Assembly (NCBI RefSeq): GCF_000002075.1
Contig: NW_004797502.1
Coordinates: forward strand, 207,339 to 271,338
Length of the DNA stretch: 64,000 nt
Origin: Aplysia californica
Lineage: Eukaryota
Direction: 5' to 3'
How positions within the stretch are numbered: position 1 is the first letter of the stretch; each line of letters opens with the position of its first letter. The notes under the pieces are model-generated. The model was not told the origin of the DNA. It was given only the letters and a program-made list of their open reading frames with translations, and did not search any database. This document shows, in pieces, positions 24,301 to 36,300 of the stretch. The position numbers and the translations under genes are program-made.

Positions 24301-27300
24301 TCTCTTCATCTCCGCCTGTCCACTGCCGTACATGATCTGGGAGCTGAGCCCCACCACATCTCCGGGTGATACGTCCACTCCTAGCCGTTCAATAAACTCC
24401 ATGTAGTTCACCTTGCCGTCCTGGAAGTCTGCACATCGGCTGATCAAACTGACAGATAAATAAACAAGATCGGTAACATTGATGTATTAAAAGATTTCAA
24501 GCAGTCAGACAGATTTTATAAACAAGTTCTGTTTAATTGATATGTACAGAGATATCAAGCTAACAAACAAGTAAATAAGTTCTGTCGTATTGATATATGT
24601 ACAGATCTAAAAACTGAGAGGCAAATAAACAAATTCAGTAATATTGATATATATGCGAAGAGATATCAAGCTGACAGATAAATAAAAGGATCCGACACTT
24701 TGATGTATGTACAGATTTCAAGCAAACAGACACACAGGTTTTGTTTAATTGATATATATACACAGATTCCAAACTGATGGACAAATAAACGAGATCTGTG
24801 ACACTGAATGCACACCTTATGTTAGACCCATGTTTGGTTATCATAACCCTGTTTAGGAAATAAGAATGTAAGAGAAAAAGGTACACAAAACTTACAGTAT
24901 TCTTTTTTCATTTTCTGTATTATCAATGTCAGTAAATATAATTAGACCACATGCCTATAGCTATTTGTGCTGGCAGTGTATCACTATATCTAATATCAAC
25001 AGTTTAAAAAAAATGGTGAAACAACTAGCCTCAAAATGTGAAGCCTTTGTTGAAATCCTTCATGACATAATTGCATTCTTCCCCCCAGCCACCAGTCATT
25101 GTAACAGAAGAAATGAATTTAAAAAATCCTGAGAACTTCAAACAAATAAACATCCTACTTTTCGAAGTGATTATCTGAAACAGGCAAAACCTGCATATCG
25201 ATAATCTTTTTCAGTGTTCCTTTGGACATGTAGCCTGTTCCCTTCCTGTCATGATATGTCAACCAGTCTGAGACATCTTTCCAGTAGTAGGTGATTTTCT
25301 CCCTCAAGAGCTCTTCCACCTGTCAACGAGATAATCAAGCACTAAATCAAATATGAGTCTATCGGGAGATTCATGATTTCCATTCCAAACATAATTTTCT
25401 GGTAGTGGTGTTATTTCAAAGTATTTGCCAAGAGTCATTAAAAAAATCTTTATGTTAATTTTAGCCAAAGGTGGATCTGTATTCCATGAGTGTACCAGCA
25501 ATAGATTACTGGAGATGTCTCTATCACAAGAAATTGAGGAACTTTGTTTGACCATTTTACAAGGTAAATAATTTTTTTTAATGTATTTTTTTACATAGAG
25601 TGATTCATTTTTCATGTGACTGTGAAGAAGACTTGAGAAAGATTTGATCAACTCAATTACACATTATTTTTAAGTAAAACATTGTAGAGCTGAAGCTGAA
25701 TAAAGAACTAATAGGTGGCTGAAGAGTGCTATAGTGCGACCTGCTTTTACTCCTGTACAGAGTTTCTGTTGCTCTAACATGTTCCACAAGCGTCTGTGGT
25801 ATAATGGTGAGGCTCTTTGCCTTAAGTACAATGCAAATATTGGGACAATGAACGGAAAAATGTACTTTTTGTGTCAGCCTAAAGAGAAACAAACTTTTCT
25901 AATGAAATGTTTGATATATGACTTACAGTTTCCCACGCCACAATGGCTGGTTTTGGCTTGTCGTTATACTTGTGAACAGACTTCAACCACTTGTGGCCCT
26001 CCTGCAGGAATAGAAAATACATATCAAACTCATTGGAGTTCTGTTTTGGTAATGGTCTGCATGTCCTGTAACCATGCATGGAAGATACACTTGTTTCTAT
26101 TTTTTTCCCCACTGTAGTTTACAGAACATCATAGAAGATATAGGACAATAGATATTTTATGAAGTAGGCCCTACAGTACCATTTCTTTTGGTACAGTATC
26201 ACAACCCTTGCCCTGCTCCCCCCATCCTTACCGTCCTCTTTAATGTACTAACAAATTTTTCAAAGATGACAAGAAAGTAAATGTATCACAATGCGGCCAA
26301 ATCAGGCGCTCGTCAATTTTTGGGCATGTGGAGTTATTATTGGTATCATCTGAAAGCTGATTTATTTGCCTTGCTTTCAATTAAATAAATATCACAATCT
26401 ATCTTGAATAAAAATCAAGATATTTGAGAATTAAGGAAGTGAGGTCGCCTGGTTTCAATGGTGAAATTAGCGAGAAAAATGGCCACCAAAGTTTGGTAAC
26501 TCCAACAGATAAAGAGTCCTTGAAAATAGAAAAATGTTTTTCAGCAAAATTCAAATGGAAACGTTTTTTTTTATATAGATATAAAAGTGGTTGAGCCAAA
26601 AAATAAAAATGCGATAAAAATTTCCAAACTGGCAGAAAAATGCTTGTTTCTCTGATTTCTGTAATTTGACGAGCGCCTGATTTCGCCATGCTGCCTCACA
26701 AATGCTGAAACACAGCTTTTGGCTTCAACGTCTTGTATCTTGACCAACCCCCACCCCCCTCTAACATTATTACAAATTAGAGGGGACCATCTAACCATAC
26801 AAATATTAAGGCAAACAAAACTATGCAGTGAGGCCAATAAATACAGTGTTGACCAAAAGGAAAATTTTAAAAAACCCAAAAAAACCCCAACAATTTACAA
26901 CATCTATTAAACTTACTTGGTAAGCCCGGAATTCTGCATGTTTTTATCTTATTAACTAACCATGAGAATTGCCTCACCTTGGTCTCCTTCTCCTCAAAGA
27001 GTCTGAGAAAAGTGTGATAATCCACTCGGCTGTTCTGGTCGGGGTCTACTCGGGACATGAGCTCTTTAAACTGTCTGTCATCCAAACGGAATGTGAATTT
27101 TTCTATGAGCTCACGGAACTCCTTCTTGGTCACCCTTCCGTCTCTGTTCTGTGAAACAAAAGGGAAACAGAAATGTCAATGTAATACTATATACAGCCAG
27201 ATTTAGGTGGGTCTCAATATAATCATGACATACGAATGGCATATTTCATAAAAAGAAGCTTCTACTTCTATACTAACAAAGTTGAATGCAGAGAGATATA

Positions 27301-30300
27301 GTCTAAATAGTTACTTCTAGTACTTCAATATCTCTTTTTTGTTACCACAGTATACATCCTTGTCCACCCTATGTAAAGCTACTTCTTTAATTACGTTTAA
27401 CCTAAACATGTTTTAAGACAAAAAGTATCAGATTGGGAAAAAAAGTATAAACATATGTGAAGCAGCGTGGTGGAATCAGGCTCTCGTCAATTTTTGGGCA
27501 TATGGAGTTATTGGGGTCATCTTAAAGCTTGTTCATTTGTCTTGCTTTCAATGAAAAAATTACCCATCCATCTTCAATAGAAGTATAGATATTTTGAATG
27601 AAGGAGGTGGGGGTCACCTGGTTTAAGAGGTAAAATTAGTGAGAAAATGGCCGCCAAAACTTGGTAAATTCCAAAGCTGGAGAGTCCATAGAAACTGTAA
27701 ATTTATATTTTTGTACCTTCAATCAAAGTTTTCCGTGAAATCCTCAAAGGAATGTGTTTGTAAATGCACATAAAAGGTGTTGAGCCAAAAAACACAAATT
27801 TGATAAAAATTTCTAAGCAGGGAGAAAACTGCTGTTTTCTTCGATTTCATTATTTTGACGAGAGCCTGAATCCACCACGCTGCCTCACATATGAAATTGA
27901 CACCTGTTTTAACACTGTGAGATTATTAAAGAGTTTGGACCTCCAAATTTAGTGTCCATCTCTAATACAATTGAGCCATGTTGCAGAGAACCTTAAAAAC
28001 TTTGCCTTGATGAAAACTTTTTTTTTTTAAAGTTTAACAATGCCCCATTGCAGATTCAAACTAACACAATCTGCTCAACAGCCTGGCATCATACACTGAA
28101 CAAATGGACTACCCCTCCCTCAGACTTTTATGGTGAGAAAATATGTTTTACATGTGCAGCTAACTTCACAAAGTAGATTGCCCAACTTACTTTGTCCATT
28201 TGCAAAAAGGCTTCCTTCAGACTGTTGTAGTGTGACTGGATTCTCTTGTACAGCTGATTCCATATAGCGTCCCAGTCTACGATCTTTTGAGTCTCCATTA
28301 TTGGATGTATCCTGGGTGAACAGACCAATGGTGCAATGTAAATACAGAAGGCGTCGCTGTGATTCATTTTGTGATTGGCTATGAACTCTCTTTTAACACA
28401 GAAAGGATATTTAGGCAGTGAGAAATGCTATCATGTATTTATGCAGAGAGAAAAAGCATAAATGTCTTAACATGTATCTCTAAAGGCGCCAAACCAACTA
28501 GGGTAGAGAGAGGAAAAAAATGTCAAAACCCTAAAACATTCAAACTTCAAGAGAGTCATATAAGGAATTTGAAACAGGGTCTTTGACACCATATCGCAGC
28601 ATGATACCAACTGACCAAACAGTGTGCCCTTGGCCATTGGAAGCTGCGGAGCCCATATGAGATAACTATGCTTGATTTGGTATGCTTTAGAATGACGTGG
28701 CTTTACGGATTTTTAAAACTTGGTGTAAATTTTTTAATTTTGTCCTCAGTGACACTATGAAGCATTAATTGTTCTTACCTGTGGTTGGGTCGGATCGGTA
28801 GAGTTTGACCATTGCCAACAGTAACAGGGTTTTGAAATTTTTCTAGAAAAATTTCCCATGCAACTCTGCCACTGGCTTTGACACCGCATCTGCAAAATCA
28901 AAACATTGATTGTGAAATCATATGCTCAATTGAAATAGAGGCTTTTCACTAGCCATTTCTCAATATTGTTAACATCACAGATGATTATACTGACTAATCA
29001 CCTCACATAAAAAGTGCTCAAATGCAACATCAGAAAAAACGAAAAAAAAAAAAATTAACAAAAACAAGTGACCTAAGATATGGTGTGACAAAAAATAGAG
29101 TTAGCTCCTTTCAAGCCATATCTTGCCATGAACAAGATACCATTTAGAATTATTTTAATACAATGAGAAAACTAATTTTTTGAACAAACGTCTTTGAGGC
29201 ACTGCTTTGAAAAATTGACATACATTACATGGGACAAATACCCGTTAGACTTCAGCAACAAAAAAATGATCTTTTTTATTACTTCACCAAACAACATATA
29301 AGGTCTTGATAGATTAGCAGACACCAAATATAATAATACGAAAACAATAATTTCTAATAATGTATCAAAGAAATCAAATCATGACCCTCAAAAGGAGAAT
29401 ACTGAGCAAATAAAAAAAAAAAAACATTTTTCACTTCATACAGCAGGGCCCACTTTGCTCTTACTTTTCCATAAGGTGAACAAACAGCTGATCCGACATG
29501 GGCAGTGTGAAGCTGTTGAGGATGTTCTTGAGATCATCGATGGACACGTAGCCGTCGAGGTGCTTGTCAAAGGTCATGAAGGCTTTCTTAAGCTTCAAGT
29601 AGTTTGTCTTCATCTATCGTGAAAGGAGAAAGCATGAAGGTCAGAATATGAGAAGTTGCCTGCCCCTGCAGGTGGGGGCCCCAATAGTTTTACTATGGGG
29701 GAGTAAAGAATACACCTGTCGTGATACTGCGTGTCGTAACGGGTGACTAAAGGTGCATAGGTCCGGTCACCCGAAAAGAGCCAGTTTGCGGAGGGCCAAT
29801 TGCCCGACCCAGTAAAAACAGAAAGTTATAGAAACATGAACTAGCACGTCTATAATTTTTCTATCTTGGGAGATGGAGGAGCTTCTGTAAGACATGGAGT
29901 GACATCGAGCAACTAGCCCAGGATAGGAAAAGGTGGAAAGTGTTGTTTGCGGCCTATATCTTGACTAAGGGTGAGAAAGGAAATGAAGATGATGATGAGA
30001 AGTCACCAGGGATAAGAATTATACCCATTGCTCATAACAAGAATTTATTCTAAATTCAAAATTGTCTTGACTCTTTCTCAAGTGCAAACAATAGATTCTA
30101 TAACTTTTACAAGTCCTTTTATCTTTCATTACTCTATGACACATATTTAACACTTTTTCTCTTTTAATGTTGTCAGCATTATTTGAGCCTAAATGAGTGC
30201 TGAAAAGTGGAGCTAACTTGTGGAACCCATTAAAAACTAAAGATAATAACCATGAAAGATACACATTGGAAACAGGTTCTTTATGATCCGGTGAGAAAGG

Positions 30301-33300
30301 TGAAAGTGCCAAAACTCATCTGTGACCAGTGACAAATTTCTGGATTGTCACTTAAGTTTCCAGTCTATCAGAATATACAACTGTCTTTCGTGTCATCTCA
30401 GCCACCATTATCTTTACATGGCTTTCACAGTCCTTACTGTTATTGTTTAACAAGTCACAAAATATCCAAATCAGTTTTCAGCACACAGTTAAAATCAAAT
30501 ATTTCAGACTCTTCTCTCATTTCTCTCTTTAAAACTTATGTACAGCCAGGAAGAGCAATGCAAACCGCAATTTAAGAAGAAATAAATAAATAAATAAATC
30601 TTACTCTATTTCTGAATTCAATTTCGATCTGTTCGAAAGTCAAAGACTTGAGAAGTTTCTCATCCTCTTTCTGTTGTGACTTGAGCTGGCTGCTGGCGAC
30701 TTTACCAGCCGTTGAAGAAGGTGATGACATCTTAGGCCATTTCAAAGCTGAGGAGTTAAACAAAAGCATTTCTGTCTTAGATAATCACTCCAGTTATCCA
30801 TAGTTAAAAAACTTTTGTTTCACTTCACAATGTTTAATTGCTATACACAATTTACTGAATACAAAGTAGTGAGTATCAATAAAAAAAAAATGGTAGGCCT
30901 ACCTGCTTAGGGTATATTATGAAAAATAAAATAAAATAAAAGAGTAGGATTATTGGTTATTTGCATCATTCACAAAAACATGCTTTAAAAAAAATAAAAA
31001 ATTGCCTTCAATGGTAGCTTGATCAGTAAGAAAAAGGCTTTGCTCACTAGCACGAGATGTACCAACTCTCATGGTAAAATATACATGATTGTTTTATTTA
31101 TTTTCCTCTTCTTTTTTTCCATTAATTTCTCCATCTCTGTGCTCCAACCTCAAAATGATTTATTAGTAATTAATACTAAACTTAAGCAGAAATATGTAAA
31201 ATAAAGAATACAAAAAATCTAAAATTTGTTTAAAAAATATACCTTATGAAATGCCATCTAGATAGGTACTCATTTTTTTTTCATAGTACACTTATGTTCA
31301 TAATGCGATGTGCATATCATCATTGATTATGTTATGATTGTATGAATGTCTTCTTTTGCATTAATGTTAATCTGAAGAGCACATGTACGCATGTTCATTG
31401 ACTTATGTGTTTTGTGCTGAGATGAAGGTATTGTAAAGCACCCAGAACTGTATTGTATAGGAGTGGGGTCGTTTTAAAAGTCGTCTGAATTATTATTACT
31501 ATTATTATTATTATTATTATTATTAACATCATTATTATTTTTTTAAAAGAAATTAAACAAGAAAATCATGACATACCTCCAGCAGCTGAGTCACTAGTCG
31601 GAGCATTTATACTGTTTTTGACATTTACACCAAGTCTTTTCAGAAAGTCACGGTAGTTGACCAGACCTGTGTGATGGAAGTCGTACCGCAACCACAGCCT
31701 GAAAAGAGCAAGAAAGAGGAACTCTTAACATCTAGCACTTTCACCTTAAATAAATGTTACATAGAGTCACAAGAGTCTTTAGAAGCATTAATTGCACATC
31801 ATTTAATATAATTCTGTGTCTTTTTATAAAGAGAAGTTAAAGTAATAGTTATACAGTCTATACTCCTTCTGATAAAGAAAACTATTAACTATAGTACTTC
31901 AAAAAAGTTAAATAGATGTTCCTATTCCTGCTAAATTACCATCTCAGTTCTTCAGGGGAACATAAAGGAGATCACATACCTTGAGCCAGCCTAAACAAGC
32001 CTTGTCTAGTCAGTTTTACAACCACAGTGACACTATCGTACAGCATTTCTATACAAACATAACACGCTTGCACGTTTCGTGATTTTCAGAAAAATCCATT
32101 TAAAGAAGATGTGGATATGCTAGAGGTTCAAAGAAAACCTTTCTGACTCTGCCAATGAGCATCTCTTGGTTAGCAAAACATAATATTATTTGGGGTTTTT
32201 AAAGTACTAAAACACTGAGTAGTAATGCACATATGAGATACAATTGACTTGACTTCGGAGGGTTTATTAAGACTAGAGGAACTTTTTCTTTTTTAAGTGC
32301 CAGCAAAACTCTCCAAAAGCTAGTTCACAATGAATGTTCTACAACAACAACAAAAAACATGGAAGAGCCTTACTCCTGACAGAGTCACTTGGAGATCAGC
32401 AGTCCCAGTGGACAGCAGGCCATAAGAGGCATCGCAAATTAATAATGATGAATCCAAGAGACAAGACTGCAAGTTGCACACATCCACAAGTGGATATGAA
32501 GCTTTTAAAAACTCAAAATGTGACAAACACTTTTCTGCCAGAATTGGTCTCACTGGCTACAGCAGAAACCATGAGTCATGATAATCCTTATGTCTTCTGT
32601 TTCACTAAAAAATATTCTCTTCTATAGATGTAATGGTCATTGTCAGAGATTGATGGATGAACTATTATTAATTTAACAAAGATAAAGAAAAAAATCTTCT
32701 CTGCCTGCCATTAGCTACTCACTTATCAAACTGCTGATCTGTGAACTTGAAGCAATAGTTCTCCAGTACTCGTCTCAGCTCATGGCGTTGGATCTTCCCA
32801 TCCATGTTGTAGTCAAAAAGCTGTAAGCCTCGAACTACAGACCTTAGGTTGCCATTGACCTGAACAAAACAAAAAATTGGTTCTTACTTGTAGGCCTACA
32901 CTTCAGCTGAATAGTAAGTGAAATTCAAACCTAATCGGAAAACTCTCTGTTACAAGATGTTGAGAAAAAAAAGAAAAAGAAAAAAGAGAAATTGAAGAGA
33001 TGCCACAGAAGGTCTAATTTATGGGTGTTTTTTTTAACAAATTGAGAAAAAAAATTCCAACGTCAAAATGAGGAAAATGACTATGAAAATCTCTAAAACC
33101 TGAGAAAAAACTAGAACCCTCTCACCAGGGCAGTGCTACTGACTGAAGTTGTCGTTAGGCCATTCCCAAAGGGGGGATATTAACATGTTCCTATGGATGA
33201 TTTATCAATGTCATGTTCATACTGTGCTGGAACAATATAGGGGGAACTGCTGCTTTTTCTTTCCGCATCTTTACTATCCTCATTTTTCTTCTACTTATTG

Positions 33301-36300
33301 TATGTTTGTCACTCTCTTGTGAGCTGCTATTTCCGGGGTGCCTTTATAGTCCAAGTAGACTTTGTGCTGTTGAGGCTAGAGAGGTGAGCAGAGTAAGTCT
33401 GATTCCCAGCTTGGACTTCTCTGTTGACATCCACCCCTTGGCGATCATATGACTTTATGTAGTTGCGAGCGACGTAAAACCTTACTAAAACTAACTAAAC
33501 TAGAAATCAAATAGAATTTCTTTCAAACTTTAAACGATGAAAAGACAATGTTATATGTGAGCCTCCCCCATCCCATAATAACTTGCATCCTTGAAGCATT
33601 CTATGCTGTCAAAAGCATAAAAAAAACAAGAACACAAAAGACGCATTCAAAAGACCACATTTTAGATAAACGTCCGCTTCTATATGAAACAATTTTTTTA
33701 AGCTTCTTTATTCAATTCTTCTATTTTTTAATTTTATCAGCTTCCAGTAATTGATTTTTAGAGGTAGATTTACACTTCCTTAGCATAAAAAAAACACTGC
33801 TTGATTAACAAGATAAAATTTGTTAAGGAAAATAGATAATCAAAGGCTCAAAAGCATAAAATATGTGTATGCCAATTTACCCTGTCTCTGAGAAGTTTCT
33901 CTATCATGTCCATATTAACTTCTCGTGGCGCTGGAGGACCAGACCTGTGGAAGCACAGATAGGCCTATGGTCATAAAAGTAGAAAATTTACATTCCTGAA
34001 AACAGAAATTATTATCTCAATTATAACCACAAAAGAACAAGGAAAAATTAATATTGAAGCTATAAAAGCATTTTTAGGAGAATATCCAACTGATTAAGAA
34101 TGCCAAATCACTTTGATTGGGACTTTACATCATTTCAAACAATCACAATTTATTCTACCCTATGTTATGTCAAAAATTCTCAACTTTGAACATACAGTGA
34201 ATACTTTGACAGTTCCATCCACCCCTTTCTTCCTTAATCTGAGATAACTGACCATTGGTAGGAACAATATTTATCAATTTTTTCAATCTTTAGGTGTGCA
34301 TCATTTTTATTTGGCCTTGTTTTCTAACAACCACTAGCAATAAAACCATTGCCAGGTAGGGCCAATCAAACAAAAAACACACCACTATACAGCAGGCCTA
34401 TCATTCTAAATGCCAGTGAGAAAAAGAATGGAGAAATGATCCATTCTAAGAAACATCTGTTCATATTAGTTAATGAATAGCCTCTATCATATTCATCCTA
34501 CGTAAGCATTTGACGTCCTGAGAGAACATATTATATTACCTGACGCTTCTCATTTTGTTACTGGCATCTCCACCATAGAATTTTGTGAGAAAATCCACAT
34601 ACTTGACAACGGTACCACCTTTTACGCAATCGATCTGTGGCCAAAAACAAAACAATGTTCATTTGAAATTAGAAGAAATAAAAGAACTGACACCATTACA
34701 AATCAGAATTACATTATTCTCCACCTTGTTGCACAATTTCTTATATAAGTAATCTCCCCCCCTGCACACACACACGCACACACACAACATCCACAAAAAG
34801 TATTTCCTAGCAAGACTTTCAAGGTGCCTTAATTGAAGGCTTCGTAGGCAATTGGAAGTCTCTATCCATCACAACATCAGGTCCATTCTGAAAAGGATGA
34901 GGCACTTTTTGTGGTGATATTGACACAAATGCTCAAGGTATTTTGAGCACTCTAAACTAAAATTAACTACCACTTAGAATCAGTTAGATCAAATATATCA
35001 TGGAATCAAGCTCAAAAACATTTTAAAAAGTCAGTTTCAAAGAACGATAGGTTCTTTTTTCACAGACAAAATAAAAAAAGACACTGAAAATCAGCATGTA
35101 AGCAAAAATTCTAAGGATTGTGGGACTCTCCTTTACTTTTACAATTCACTTGTATCCACTCTCTTATTCCCAAACCAAGACATTATCACTCACCTTAGCA
35201 ACAACACCATCAAACTGCTCTGTGGTGAGGGGTAAACAGTAGGATTCTAACACCCTTCGAAACTCTCCCTTGGTGACTGTTTCATTTTCATCAACGTCGT
35301 ACATTTTGAAGGCCTTGAAAAAAAATTCAAATAGATTGTTTGAAATCAATTGCTGAATAGAGAGATTATGACTTTCTCTAGTTTGACGTTGAAATAGAAA
35401 ATGAATCATTTGACTGTATGAAGGATAAACAGAAAAAAAACAACAGAAAGCAGCAGAGAATTATGAATAATCATAGCGCATTGAGGGAAATTCTCTCAAA
35501 TTAAGTTTATAAAAATGACTGAAAAATGCGACAGAAAATGCACACAAAAAAATGTTACTATATTATATCCTTTTTGAATCTTGACTTTAATGAATATATG
35601 TGTCAGAGGCTATTTAATTGACTCCTAGAATTATGATGAAGCAATAAAGCACACAGGCATAAATACCATCTTTGGGGTGTGGAAAAAAACAAAAAATTAT
35701 TAGGCCTGATAGAAAGGACTCACTGCTGAGAAAACAGAAAAGTCTACAGTAATTAAAACACAGGTGTCAAATTCAAGACCAGTGGGCTACATCCAGCTCC
35801 CTTGAACGCTTATATCCCACCTGCGAGAGAACTTTAGAACTATGTTGTCCATCCTGTGAATCTCACAACACAGAACCTAACTCCAAACATAATCAAGCGT
35901 GTTGCCAAGAAAAGAAGCCAAACACCCAGCTCTGACAAATTTTGGCATAAAATAAGAGTAAAAATTGGTATTACTTGATTCATTATCATTTCAAAATTTG
36001 TCTGATATAATTTCTATGGTTGTATATAAAAGGTGAAGTTTTCCATTGCTCCGTGAGTGTTTATCCAGTTTGGTCCACAATCTGAAGAGTAATTAGGGTT
36101 TGGCCCTCTGAGCAATAGAGTGTAACACCTCTGGTTTAATACTATATCCAATCACGCGCCGCGCAGAGGGCGCAAAACTTTTTATCCCCACGGACAAGGA
36201 TACTGATGCGGTACTCGCTATATGACACCGTCCCGAGTGGGCAAAAAGCTAAAGAAGAGTTTCAAACAGCTGTAAATATTTGACAATCACAAACAAATAT

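Noticed and set aside
29661-29760. Canonical HDV-like, twister or pistol ribozyme call
   Set aside because: A G.U-terminated 7-bp stem and CTAA are present, but I found no P3/L3 with P1.1 and no twister GCCGGTCCCAAGCC core. Kept only as an unclassified candidate.
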